A stretch of 64,000 nucleotides of DNA, taken from positions 9,440 to 73,439 of the IMG/VR virus record IMGVR_UViG_3300044981_000350; one strand, written 5' to 3'. A program made the translations under genes and the position numbers. The notes under the pieces are model-generated. The model did not search any database. It was not told the origin of the DNA and saw only the letters and a program-made list of their open reading frames with translations. Below, in pieces: positions 37,934-48,111 of the stretch; the stretch's first letter is position 1; every line of letters begins with the position of its first letter. This DNA is from a virus.

Positions 37934-38123
37934 TGGCTCTTGCCCTGGAGGCTCCAACGAATCAGGTCGCGGCCTTGTTTGACCTTCTCCGGATCCGGGG
38001 CCCTGGGCGCGAGGCGCGCCTTCAGTTCGTTGATCTCGCGCCGCTGGTCGCGGATGATCTCGAGGAGCTTTACGACCTGGGCCTCGGCGATGGCCCACCA
38101 GACATTCTGCGGATCTCTCATTG
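37930..38123 (-). CDS. small coiled-coil protein
   Basis: MRDPQNVWW...; 3' part of ORF 37930..38232, start approximate. Confidence 0.4.
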
Positions 38124-38351
38124 TCACTTCTCCGGCGGTTTTGTCCGATATGCAACCTCGGCGATGAGCACTGAACAAAACCATAATGAGAAGAGCGGCC
38201 CCCATACAACTGCAACGAGGACCGTTTTCCAAACGGGTTCGGCAGAGTAGCTCGCCGGCTTGCCGTCGCGTGGGGCGTCTGCGTAGTTAGACATCGTTTG
38301 AGTAAGGAACGTCGCGACGATGCCGGTTAGATAGCACCATAGGAAAGTCAT
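38124..38351 (-). CDS. small two-TM membrane protein
   Basis: Hydrophobic ORF in the leftward glycosylation string. Confidence 0.5.
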   Translation of the reverse strand: MTFLWCYLTGIVATFLTQTMSNYADAPRDGKPASYSAEPVWKTVLVAVVWGPLFSLWFCSVLIAEVAYRTKPPEK

Positions 38352-39535
38352 GGGCGGTTACGGACCTCTTCGGGATCGACCGGGGTCTGCTGATAGTAGC
38401 CCCCGGACCATCGATCCATATAACGCTGGAATACCCTTTCGTACAAGGGCCCGACCGCCTCGAGTGAATAAAGGCTCTTCGCTCGATCTCGAATCATGAG
38501 TCGATCTACCTGACTCAAACTCAGCGCCCGCTCAGCGGCGGTACAGAGCTCGCGGTGGGAAGCGCATCGCCATTCTGCGGGGGTCGTCTCGCAAAAAGCT
38601 CCGTGGTCGGTGGTAATTGCCGGGGTGCCGCTCAACTGGGCTTCGACGGCGGTACCGCCGAACGGCTCGCGGAACCGGGTGGGGTTGATGGCCGCGATCG
38701 CGTTCGCCATGAGGCTTGCTCGTTCCGCTACGTTGGCGGAACCGAAGGGGATCACGAAGTCAGGGATTTCACCCAAGTTGGCGCAACCCTGGCCGGCGAT
38801 GACGAGCCGCGCATCGGTGACGCCGCTCTTCCTCAACGATTCGACCACGCCGATGGCCTCGGGAAAACCCTTGTCGGGAATCACGCGCCCGATAAATAAA
38901 TAGAACGGGCCGGCGTTGATGATGTCGGCGGTTTTTTGAGTCGAAGGTGGATTGAGTGGAAACTCGTCCATGTCAAAAAAGTTGGGAACCACCGCACTGC
39001 TGTTGTCTTCGACCTTATGGTCGGCGCGGCCCATGACCCACTCCCGGTGCGAGTGACTCTCGAAGATGCGATAAACGCTTTGGGTTCCGTAGTACCCAAT
39101 TCCCGGCTCTACCATCATCGCGCTCTGCGCAGTGCCCCCGTAAGATCCCGGGAAGGCATCGCCGATCGGAGCCACTTGGCAGTTACCGCTCAACGTGAGA
39201 ATGAAATCTCCGCGCTTCACCCGCGGGAGGAGGCGCTCGACGCACCGCTTATTGTATTCCTGCCAGTAAGGAAGGCTCGGATCCCACACGATGTGATAAA
39301 GCTTCTGCGGATCGTGGGGCCCGAAGTGTGCCGCGCGCTCTTCCTCGGTGAAGATGTCGACATGCTCGACATCGACCGGGACCTCGGCGCCTTCGTTCGA
39401 GTAGTCAATGCAGGTGTGGCCCCGGCGGCTCATCATCTTGAGGAACTTGAGGGCTTTCATCGTGTACGCGCAATGGCTGTAGCTCGGGTGCGTAGTCGTG
39501 TGGGGCATACCGAGAAAGTGAAATCGAAAACCCAT
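38348..39535 (-). CDS. GT-B (GT4-like) glycosyltransferase
   Basis: VVPNFFD, YLFIGRVIPDKG, LVIAGQG, EPFGGTAVEAQLSGTPAITTDHGAFCE. Confidence 0.9.
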   Translation of the reverse strand: MGFRFHFLGMPHTTTHPSYSHCAYTMKALKFLKMMSRRGHTCIDYSNEGAEVPVDVEHVDIFTEEERAAHFGPHDPQKLYHIVWDPSLPYWQEYNKRCVERLLPRVKRGDFILTLSGNCQVAPIGDAFPGSYGGTAQSAMMVEPGIGYYGTQSVYRIFESHSHREWVMGRADHKVEDNSSAVVPNFFDMDEFPLNPPSTQKTADIINAGPFYLFIGRVIPDKGFPEAIGVVESLRKSGVTDARLVIAGQGCANLGEIPDFVIPFGSANVAERASLMANAIAAINPTRFREPFGGTAVEAQLSGTPAITTDHGAFCETTPAEWRCASHRELCTAAERALSLSQVDRLMIRDRAKSLYSLEAVGPLYERVFQRYMDRWSGGYYQQTPVDPEEVRNRP

Positions 39536-39537
39536 AA

Positions 39538-40134
39538 TCAACCTCCTCCGAGAATCCACGCCCGCCCAAAGCACCCATTGACCCCGTCGAACTGTTTTAC
39601 GGCGCCCTTCCGGCCGGCCCACTCCTCGAGTTTCTCCGCGCTCAACTCGTGCGGATGCCCTTCGTGGGCCGGGATTCCGATCCACTCAAAGATGCGCAAC
39701 TCACGGGCAAGGGCCCGCGCGTTCGCGATCACCTTCGCCGGATCCTCAGTGTGCTGGAGGCAGTTGTACACGAGGGCCACGTCGAATATGAACGGCTGCC
39801 CGTTGAACTTCACTTTCGCGTAGGCCTCCCCTGGCTCCTGCTCGACCTCGATCAACGCATTGCCATAGCGTGCTCTAACCCACGCTGGGTATTGCCCCGG
39901 GTCGATCACCATCGACGGCCCGCGGTTCTCGAACTTGAGTAGCACACTCACCGGCCCGCCCCCGATGTCGACGAAGCTCCGGCCTCCGCCATCGTACGCG
40001 ATGCCGCCCGCGTGCCACACTTTCTTATATTGGAAACCCATCTCGTCGAGGTAGACGTACTGTTTGGTCTCTTCCCCGGAAGTATTGGCGCAGTTGCCCC
40101 AAAAACGAGACTCGAGATCGTCGTGGTCGCTCAT
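39538..40134 (-). CDS. class I SAM-dependent methyltransferase
   Basis: FVDIGGGP, VIDP, FDVALVYNCLQHTEDP. Confidence 0.8.
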   Translation of the reverse strand: MSDHDDLESRFWGNCANTSGEETKQYVYLDEMGFQYKKVWHAGGIAYDGGGRSFVDIGGGPVSVLLKFENRGPSMVIDPGQYPAWVRARYGNALIEVEQEPGEAYAKVKFNGQPFIFDVALVYNCLQHTEDPAKVIANARALARELRIFEWIGIPAHEGHPHELSAEKLEEWAGRKGAVKQFDGVNGCFGRAWILGGG

Positions 40135-40454
40135 CGAATCAACCTTGCTGACTTGAGGGCCGCGATAAACGCGGGCGTGAGGGTGTGGAGCAGATCCTCT
40201 TCGCGCTTTACGAAGCGGCCCGCCCCGCTTCCGTAGAGAACCGCGTGGAGAATTTCATGCACAAACGAGTCGAGCTCGATCGCGGGGTTCTTCGGCACCG
40301 ACCGAATCCAGATGCGCGCAATGGGATCGGTCTCGAAGTAGCCGCACGTGGTCTCGCCCCAATCCTTCGGGAGGATGCTCGCAGGCGTGCGCGCCGTCAC
40401 GCGGATCACTTCGTAGTCGTAGCCGCAGACGACGACGTGTTTCGGGAGCCGCAT
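40131..40454 (-). CDS. small HExxH Zn-metallopeptidase-like phage protein
   Basis: MRLPKHV.V.GYDYEV...SFVHEILHAVL. Confidence 0.7.
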   Translation of the reverse strand: MRLPKHVVVCGYDYEVIRVTARTPASILPKDWGETTCGYFETDPIARIWIRSVPKNPAIELDSFVHEILHAVLYGSGAGRFVKREEDLLHTLTPAFIAALKSARLIR

Positions 40455-40464
40455 GTCGTTCCCG

Positions 40465-40546
40465 AGCATGACCTCAGCGAGCCCTACCGTCAAGCACCAC
40501 CAAACACCATTCGGGGCTTGCACCACCATTCCCGATGGGCTAGCTT
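40465..40546. promoter_or_regulatory. back-to-back sigma70-like promoters
   Basis: Minus strand TTGACG-17-CATGCT (40493-40465); plus strand TTGCAC-17-TAGCTT (40518-40546). Confidence 0.6.
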
Positions 40547-40553
40547 GGGCCCC

Positions 40554-40799
40554 GTGAGCAAGAAGAGAGGTTTCGCCGCCATGGATCCCGGGCGGCAAAA
40601 AGAGATCGCGAGCGCTGGCGGCAAGGCCGCGCACGCGAAAGGTTCCGCCCACGAGTTCACGGGCGATGAGGCGCGCGAGGCAGGCCGCAAGGGCGGCCAA
40701 GCCGTGAGCCGCGATAAAACCCACATGGCGGAGATCGGGCGCAAAGGTGGCCTCGCCAACGGGAGCCGGAAGAGCAAGACGAAGGAGGTCATCGCATGA
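40554..40799 (+). CDS. KGG-repeat general stress protein
   Basis: KRGFAAMDP..QKEIASAGGKAAH...EAGRKGG...HMAEIGRKGG. Confidence 0.85.
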   Translation: MSKKRGFAAMDPGRQKEIASAGGKAAHAKGSAHEFTGDEAREAGRKGGQAVSRDKTHMAEIGRKGGLANGSRKSKTKEVIA

Positions 40800-41040
40800 G
40801 ATTCGACGCAGGCCACGGGTGGGAGTTCGAAGCCGAGCGAGTCGTAAAAGACATCGCGGGCGTGCGTGTTTCGGTCGACTTGGAGCCGAGCGAATTCGGC
40901 GAGTTCCATTGGACCGTTTGTCGCATCGAAGGGGGTGCGGCTACGTTCGACGGCCACGGTACGGGGCGTTCGCTTTTGGCTGCTAAGGCTGACGCGGAGC
41001 GCATCGGCTTACTCATCGCCGTCAACCGCGAGGCGCTTTG

Positions 41041-41343
41041 ATGGACATCGAACGTTTTCACCCCCTCGGTGCGCGCATCTTCCTTCGCCCCGACTCCCCC
41101 GAGGAAAAGATCGGCCGCATCCTCATCCCGAGCAACGCCCGCAAGCCCACCAACACCGGCGTCGTCATGGCGTTCGGACCCGGGATGCTCTGCAAAGACG
41201 GAACGCGATGGCCGATGCCCGACATCGCCTGCGGCGACCGGGTGCTCTACGACGCACGCAATCCGTTTCAAACAGTGCGCATCGACGGGCAGGATCTTAT
41301 CAGCCTGCGGGATGACGACATCTTCGCGGTGATCGAAGAATGA
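41041..41343 (+). CDS. groES: co-chaperonin GroES
   Basis: HPLGARIFLR, ILIP, GVVMAFGPG, GDRVLY, IDGQDL..LRDDDIFAVIE. Confidence 0.85.
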   Translation: MDIERFHPLGARIFLRPDSPEEKIGRILIPSNARKPTNTGVVMAFGPGMLCKDGTRWPMPDIACGDRVLYDARNPFQTVRIDGQDLISLRDDDIFAVIEE

Positions 41344-41594
41344 GCGTCGGCGGCCTCCGTTGGACGCGCCGGTTGAAGCGGCGCGGCGGGCTCCAAGCCA
41401 TCGAGGCTCGCCGCGCCATCGAGTTCGCGCTCGTCATGAACCACAAGCCCCGGACCAACTCCGAACGAGAGATGCTACCTGGCGTTTTGGAGTGGCTCCA
41501 AGAGAATCCGCTCCGCACCCTCCCCATTCTCACCAAAGAATACTTCGGCTGGGTCTAGCCCCGCCGTTCAACATCAAACCGGAAGGACCCCAAC

Positions 41595-42233
41595 GTGCAC
41601 TTCGATCTGAATCTCGCTCATCTCTCCGTCGATCCCGCGAGCGTCGTGACCGCGTGGGTTTCGCTCTGCGCCGCCGTTTCGCTCGTCAACAAGTACGTCG
41701 TGACGCCGTACTTCCCGATGGCCGCGCGGATCATCAGCCTGCCCCTCAACATCCTCCCGGCCCACGTCGGGCAGCTCATCACCGACATCGAAGCGATCAT
41801 CGCCGACATCAAAAACCCGCCGCCCGCCACACCGACGGCAATCGCCCCGATGACTCCGACGGTTCCCCCCGCGACTCCGCCCTCGACGAGTCGCATGGGC
41901 CTTGCCGCCGGAGCCTTCGCGCTCATCTTCGGGATCCAGACCGTGGCCTTTGGTGCGGCGGTGACCGGCTGCACCCCGGCGCAACAGGCGGAGGCCGATA
42001 CGATTGAGCAGTTGGTGCTCCACGATCTCGCGGCGGGCAAATCCGACCAGCAGATCGAGGCCGACATCGCCTCGTCATTGGCGGGCCAAGTAGGCACCGA
42101 CGCAGTCGTGATCCTCAACGACGTGTTGACGTTCTTGCTCGACGCGAAGGCCATCCCGGCCGATTTGATGAGCGCCGCGCTCGCGATGAAGTCGAGTGCG
42201 GCCCCCGTGGCCGCGGCCCACCGTATCAAGTAA
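41595..42233 (+). CDS. membrane protein (holin-like N-terminus, internal lipobox-like AVTGC)
   Basis: Hydrophobic segments and position before the peptidase. Confidence 0.5.
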   Translation: MHFDLNLAHLSVDPASVVTAWVSLCAAVSLVNKYVVTPYFPMAARIISLPLNILPAHVGQLITDIEAIIADIKNPPPATPTAIAPMTPTVPPATPPSTSRMGLAAGAFALIFGIQTVAFGAAVTGCTPAQQAEADTIEQLVLHDLAAGKSDQQIEADIASSLAGQVGTDAVVILNDVLTFLLDAKAIPADLMSAALAMKSSAAPVAAAHRIK

Positions 42234-42243
42234 GCCCCCGTCG

Positions 42244-43170
42244 ATGATCTATCGAACCGCCGCCCACGAGGCGATTGCCAACACCTTCAAGGGGCGCTTC
42301 CACGGGTACATCCCCGACGATGCCTCGGGCCGATACCAGAAGCCCGCTTCGCTCCTTTTGAAGGCGTCGGGGGCGGTCGCGCAAGCGAGCCTCGTCGGCT
42401 GCGAAGCCCAGATCCTCAATCAGGGGCAGACCGGTTCTTGCGGGGGTCATGGCACCGCCCAAGCGGTCTACACCGCGCTCAACGCCGCCGGGTTCTCCCT
42501 CCTCACGGTGCCGTCGCCGCGGATCCTTTACGCGCTCGCCCGCATCATGCAGCGCACGAACGCAAGCCAGGGCCTCGCCGACAGTGGCGTGATGCCGTCG
42601 GACCTCCTCACGGTGCTTCGGCAGTACGGCATCAAACCGATGGCCCCGACGGTGACGCCCGACGGTCGGTACTCGGACGTGTGGGGCCCGGGGGATCTCA
42701 CTGGGCTGCCCCTTGCGCAACCCAACGTCAACACCGAGCCGGATTTGCTCGACCTCGAGACGAGCGGCCTCAAACTGCTCACTGGTGAATACCGCATCGA
42801 TGAAACGGATCCTACGCTGCCCCAACAGATCCTCGCGTCGGTCAATGCGAAGGCCCCGGGTGGGGTCGGCATCTTCGTCGACTCGGCATTCATGCAGTGG
42901 GATCCATCGACAGGCCCGATCAAAAGCATCAACCTCGCCGACCCCCAAGGCGGCGGCCATTGGCTCGCTCTGACCTACGGCTATACGACCCCGGCGGGTA
43001 CTATCGTGCTGGGGGGCCCCAATTCGTGGGGGGCCGAATGGCCGGTCACGGCCGGATCAGGCGTTCCGGGTTCGCCCTATTGGAAGCCGGGCCATTGGGA
43101 GGTCGAAGCGCCAGGGCTTCAGAAAGCCCTATCCGATTGTCTCCTCTTCCCCGTCAAGGTGCTCTCATGA
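42244..43170 (+). CDS. papain-like (C1) cysteine peptidase
   Basis: NQGQTGSCGGH, GGHWLAL, NSWGAEW. Confidence 0.85.
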   Translation: MIYRTAAHEAIANTFKGRFHGYIPDDASGRYQKPASLLLKASGAVAQASLVGCEAQILNQGQTGSCGGHGTAQAVYTALNAAGFSLLTVPSPRILYALARIMQRTNASQGLADSGVMPSDLLTVLRQYGIKPMAPTVTPDGRYSDVWGPGDLTGLPLAQPNVNTEPDLLDLETSGLKLLTGEYRIDETDPTLPQQILASVNAKAPGGVGIFVDSAFMQWDPSTGPIKSINLADPQGGGHWLALTYGYTTPAGTIVLGGPNSWGAEWPVTAGSGVPGSPYWKPGHWEVEAPGLQKALSDCLLFPVKVLS

Positions 43171-43532
43171 AAGTAAACCCCTATTTTACTTTCGTGCTGG
43201 CCCTCTTCGCGGCCGCGTGCCATTCGACGCCCCCCGTCGTTGTGGCCCCCGCAGTCGACGCCGCCTCGGTTCTCCCTCCGCCCGAAGCCCTCGGCGACAC
43301 CGGGGCCCCGACGGCATTAGCCGATTGCGAAGCGGCCTGCCTTGAGATCGATAAGGTCGGTTGCATCACCGAGACCGACTGCGCCGCGGTGCTCTGCGCG
43401 GCGAACAACGACCCGCGGTTCACCCACTACGACGTCAGTTGCCTCATTCACGCGATGCTTCCGAGCGACATCGCAGTCTGCGGCGTCGACTGCACTTTGA
43501 AGACTCCGAGCTCGTTGGCGCATCCGCTATGA
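43167..43532 (+). CDS. Cys-rich lipoprotein
   Basis: Signal peptide ending LFAAAC; multiple Cys. Confidence 0.7.
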   Translation: MKVNPYFTFVLALFAAACHSTPPVVVAPAVDAASVLPPPEALGDTGAPTALADCEAACLEIDKVGCITETDCAAVLCAANNDPRFTHYDVSCLIHAMLPSDIAVCGVDCTLKTPSSLAHPL

Positions 43533-43920
43533 TCTGGCTCTTCGGGAGGGCGGCCTCATGAATCAAGCTACGCAACGCAAAATAGATTCGTACAAAGAGG
43601 CACTCGACACATATCGATCTGGGTCACGCAATCGACGTGCGAGCGTTTTGGCGCTTTTGCAAGAATGCCGTCGCGAAGAGGCTTTGGATCTAAAGGAGCT
43701 CACTAGAGCGGGTAACGCCGTGCAGAGGGCATTGTTCGGTAATGTGGAAGATAGCGATCTAGTCCCCGGTCGTGCTTATGATGACATTAGGCTAGACGAT
43801 GATCTACCGAATGGTGATGTCTCAGACCAAATCGACGCGCTCAAAACACTAATCAAAGAAGCCGAAGAGGGCGAATGATTACGAGCTCGGCGGAGCATCC
43901 GCAATGATCTGGCTCTGCGG
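43507..43920 (+). repeat. 39-bp imperfect direct repeats (43507-43545, 43882-43920) flanking a lower-GC gene
   Basis: cgagctcg..gg.gcatccgc.atgatctggctct.cgg, 34/39 identical. Confidence 0.8.
43558..43878 (+). CDS. hypothetical protein, AT-richer inserted gene
   Basis: Many A/T-ending codons; bracketed by the direct repeat. Confidence 0.7.
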   Translation: MNQATQRKIDSYKEALDTYRSGSRNRRASVLALLQECRREEALDLKELTRAGNAVQRALFGNVEDSDLVPGRAYDDIRLDDDLPNGDVSDQIDALKTLIKEAEEGE

Positions 43921-45423
43921 AGGAATCTACCTCGTAGGGGTTGCCGTGTGCATCCCGCTTTTCTTCGACAAGGATGATCCTTGGGGGATCGCCTTCGCCC
44001 TCTTGTGGCCCCTCCTTTTGCTCGGCGCCGTCGGTGTTCTTATCATCGGCGTCGCCCAACACGCGCACATGTTTTTCTTCGGCCCCACCCTTCCCCCCGA
44101 GGATTCCGATGGCTGATATCCCCCCCGAGGTCCGCGCCGCGATGCGCGCGACCGTAAACACGCTCGGCCGCATCGGCTACCGCGCGATCAGCGCCGCCAT
44201 CAGCACCGCATTGAAGGGCGTCGGCGAGATCACCGAGGAAGTCGACCGGCGGGTGAAGCGCGGCGCCGGTGCGGCCGAGAAGATGGCCCGCGGGGAGCCA
44301 TACCAGAATCCCGACGACTCCGACGACGAGGAACCGAACGAATGAAAGCGCGTGAATTCGCAAAGCGAGCGATGATCTACGGGCTCGGGCTCACACTCTA
44401 CGTCTATGAGCTGTTCGTGGCGACGGTGGAGGGGCTCGGCCTCAACACGCGGGGGTTTTGGGGCGAGCCCACCCGGCCCGACGAGTCGAATCCCAACGTG
44501 GCCCCGGCGGTTGGCGATCCCATCGCGCAAGCACGCGCCGAGATGCTCGAATGTGCCTCACGTGACTTCGAGGCGTGGCAGACGATGACCCCGGCCGAGC
44601 GCGCCGCCAGCATCCAAGCCCGCTCCAACCCTCCCCCCTCCCAGAAAGAGAAGCTGTCATGACCGTCGGAGCTCATCGTCGTCGTCTCAACGTCCGCCCG
44701 CCCCCGCCGCGCTGCATCCAGTGCGACAAGGAAGATCAGATCCCCGGTCGGTCGGACAAGCTCGGAATCAACTGCGCGACCTACAAGGATCGAAGCGCCG
44801 CGAAGATCGCCAAAGCGGGCAAGCCGCGCCCCGGTGACGGCTGATGATGGATCCGACGCCCCGCAACCTCCCGGAGGAGGAGCGCCATTACTGGGAGCGG
44901 CTCTACGAAGGAGCGCTCATCGAATTCTTGAAGCGCGGTCAAACCCCCGGTGATGCCGCACGGAACGCCGCTTACGCGGCCGATAAATCGATAGAGATTC
45001 ACGCCGAGCGCTTCGCGAAAAAGTGAAGTGGCCCGGCCCGGCAAGTTTTACGCGAGCGTGATCGGCTACGCGCCGCGCGCGATCGTGTGCTTGCCGTGCA
45101 TGAGCGCCCTCGAGATTGAGCTCGGGCGATACTCCGGCATTCGTCCGTGCGAGCGGTGCGGCGGTACGGCCTCGGTTATTGCCCAGGCACCGGCGGAGAA
45201 GAAATGATCCTCCGCGGCTTCCTCGTGTTCGCCGCGACGCTGGCCGCGGATATCTGCTGGGCCCACTACGTACGGCATGCGGCGCGCGGCTCGCGATGGT
45301 GGGCGGCGCTTTGGGGTGTCGGCCCGGTCCTCGCGGGTGCGTTCAGCGTGCTCCAGTACACCGCCGACCATTGGATGGTGGTGCCCGCGGTGCTCGGCGC
45401 GTTCGTGGGAACGGCGGTGGGGG

Positions 45424-46482
45424 TCAAACCGAAGGTTTAGTAGGCCAGATCCGCAGCTTCGCCCGCGCGGCCGCATCCTTCTTGTGCCCCCGTCGGTCAT
45501 AGCGCACCGTCGTATCTGGGCTCGCGTGGCTCATGAGGCTCTGCACTGTCGCGAGGTCGGTGCCGGCGTCGAGGGCCCGCGTCGCGAACGTGCGGCGACA
45601 ATCGTGGGGGGTGAACCGTTTGATCCCGATCTCTTCGGAGATCGTTTCGCAGAGGTACTCCAACGCACGGAAGTTGAGGGCCGCGCTCTTTGCCCGTACG
45701 CTACCGTCCGGCTGCACCCTCACGAGCAAAGCAGCCGTCGGCGCGTCGAGCTCCGCGCGTACGGGGAGCCACGCATCGAGGCTCGGTTTCACGTCGGGGC
45801 CCACGGCAAGGATCGTCTCCCGGTTCCCCTTCCGCAGTAGCCGAAGCTCACTCGCCGATGGGTCGTACCCCTTCAACGTGAGTCGGCTCGCCTCCGTCGC
45901 GCGAAGGCCGGCGCCGATGAGAAGCGCAAAGGTTGCCTCGAGGAACGCCCCGTAAGCGCTTGCCGGCCAATCAATCGCCGAAGGCCCGTGCGCTTCGCAG
46001 TAGGCGAAGAGTTTCCCGATCTCCTCGTCGGAGAGGTCACGACCCGCCGGGAGGCGCGTACCGTGAATCGGCTCAAGGTTGAGGGCGTTCCCGAGGTCGT
46101 TCCCCGACATGAGGCCGAGGCGGTTTGCTTGCCTAAGCACCCCACGGAGCGCGCAGAGGGTTACCCGCACCGTGTCGAGGCTGTAGTTCGCCCTCAGAAG
46201 GGCCGCGCGGATGGCGCTCGTCTCGGCGTACGTCATCCGATGCCACGGCACGGCGGGGGCGTCGCGCCCTAATAGGCGCCCGATGCGCGCCAAACCCTCC
46301 CGCATCGTCTGCGCAGCGCGCTCGGAGTCGCGAGAGGCAAGGTAGCTTTCGTACGCGCCGACGCGCGCAAGCTTACTGTTGACCGTCGTAACGGCCGTTT
46401 GGGGGCCTAATGTACGGTCGGGCGCATCGAGGGCGGCGCCGACGAGGGCCAACGGCGCCGCGGGGGGCTCGGAGGCGCTCAT
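45424..46482 (-). CDS. tyrosine recombinase/integrase (XerC-like)
   Basis: AGLRATE, RKGNR, FTPHDCRRTF, LMSHASPDTTVRYDRR. Confidence 0.9.
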   Translation of the reverse strand: MSASEPPAAPLALVGAALDAPDRTLGPQTAVTTVNSKLARVGAYESYLASRDSERAAQTMREGLARIGRLLGRDAPAVPWHRMTYAETSAIRAALLRANYSLDTVRVTLCALRGVLRQANRLGLMSGNDLGNALNLEPIHGTRLPAGRDLSDEEIGKLFAYCEAHGPSAIDWPASAYGAFLEATFALLIGAGLRATEASRLTLKGYDPSASELRLLRKGNRETILAVGPDVKPSLDAWLPVRAELDAPTAALLVRVQPDGSVRAKSAALNFRALEYLCETISEEIGIKRFTPHDCRRTFATRALDAGTDLATVQSLMSHASPDTTVRYDRRGHKKDAAARAKLRIWPTKPSV

Positions 46483-47127
46483 CGGTACCCCATGCGCCGC
46501 CACCACCCTTCGCGCCAACCGGTCCAACCCCGCGGGCGCCAACCGTCATCGCCATCTTGGCGCACGGGCATTTCATAGGTGCCGGCCGGGGCATGCCACG
46601 GCGGACCGACGGGCGTAGGCGCTTCCACGTTGAGGTGGATCGGGAAGTGCCCCGCGACCGGGGTACCATCGGTCATCCACATTCGGCCGTTGCCAGCGAC
46701 CTGCAAGCGCTTGTAGCCGCTCACTTTGCAGCCCTCCGTGCGCACGTCGGGCACGTTGGGGGCCCGCTTTCAGCGAGGTCGCAGAGGCTTTCCAGCGGGA
46801 TGCGCCCGCAAAGCACCCCGATCTCGTTGCCCCCGCAGTCGACGGCGACGGCGTGGGAGAGCATCGGGGCCCCGTCGAGGCGTCCACGCCCGCGGTAGGC
46901 CCCCGCCAGGACGTTGCGAACACCGACAGACGAAACGAGACCTATCCCCTTGATATTATTCATGTTTTCGCCTATTCCGCTACCACTAGATGACGCTAAT
47001 ATCTCTTAGCCCGACTTAGCTTGTGGCCCGCGGGTGGCCTTGGCAAGGCCCGGCGGGCCACCGGGAGGCCCCCCTAGAACGGCCCGGGGAAGGCGTTTGA
47101 CGATACGGGGCGGGCCTGGGCCGGGGG

Positions 47128-47568
47128 TCACGTTCCGGGGTGGGCCTTGGGCGCGAGCGGGCAGGGCCCTCGGTGCTTGATGAACTTGGCCTTGCCGAAC
47201 CCCCCTCCGAGGGCCTTTAGGAGGCACCTTTCGCAGGCTTTTCGATCGCGGCACTCCACTAGGGCAGCCGTAAGGCGTTCTTGCTGCGCGCGAGACCGTT
47301 CCGCAGCGTAGTCTCGGCGGAATTCTTCAAGATCGGCACGCCGTTTCTCTTCGGCCTTGCGCTCTTGCTCCGCCTTGAGGCCCGCCTCGGCCCGATCACG
47401 CGGGTAATCGAGCTCACCCCGTTCGTTGACACGCGCAGTGCAAGCGGGGTTCGGGCATCCGAGCTTGCCCGCGATAACCGCGGCCCAACAGAAGGGGCAG
47501 TTGTAAGAACCGTCGGGGTAGGTCTTGTCGGGCTCGCGTTCGCGGCCGAGGCAATCGCGGATGATCAT
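47128..47568 (-). CDS. Zn-finger/coiled-coil hypothetical protein
   Basis: CPFC, CPNPAC, CERC motifs. Confidence 0.6.
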   Translation of the reverse strand: MIIRDCLGREREPDKTYPDGSYNCPFCWAAVIAGKLGCPNPACTARVNERGELDYPRDRAEAGLKAEQERKAEEKRRADLEEFRRDYAAERSRAQQERLTAALVECRDRKACERCLLKALGGGFGKAKFIKHRGPCPLAPKAHPGT

Positions 47569-47819
47569 GATCGAGGCTCATGCCGCACGGCGCGGTGTTG
47601 GGCGAGGCTTTTATGCAAGCGCCTCAAGTTGAGGATCGAAAGGTGCTCGTCGTTCATGTAGAACCTTTCTTCAGCGTCTTCGAGATTGTAGGCCCACGTG
47701 CACCACGTTTCCTCACCAAACCCCGGATCGGATCGATCGGTGTACGTGCCCACGTAACGGTAAAGGGGGCCGTACTTACCAACCTTCGTAACGAATGCGC
47801 GTTGCTTACTCATCTTCAT
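47565..47819 (-). CDS. hypothetical protein
   Basis: AAGGGAG RBS; WAYNLEDAEERF. Confidence 0.6.
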   Translation of the reverse strand: MKMSKQRAFVTKVGKYGPLYRYVGTYTDRSDPGFGEETWCTWAYNLEDAEERFYMNDEHLSILNLRRLHKSLAQHRAVRHEPRS

Positions 47820-48111
47820 CTCTCCCTTGTGTATATAAGACGGCCGAACCGGCCCTTTCATTCAGCCCTAATTGCATCTCGAAAGCGTCTCATCGGATGG
47901 TACCCAAAAACCAAGCCTCGACCCCCTGGGTTGAAACCAACCCACCCGGCGCCGGCCCTGGGTCAAACAAGACCCATGCCAAGGGGCTCAGGCTGGCTCG
48001 GGCCGGCCGGGGCGTCTCATAAGGGTCTCGCAAAAAAAAGAGGGGAGGGGGCTGAATGTTTTGACCGGTCCGACCGTCTTACTAGGTACAAGGAACGAAG
48101 GAGAGACGACG

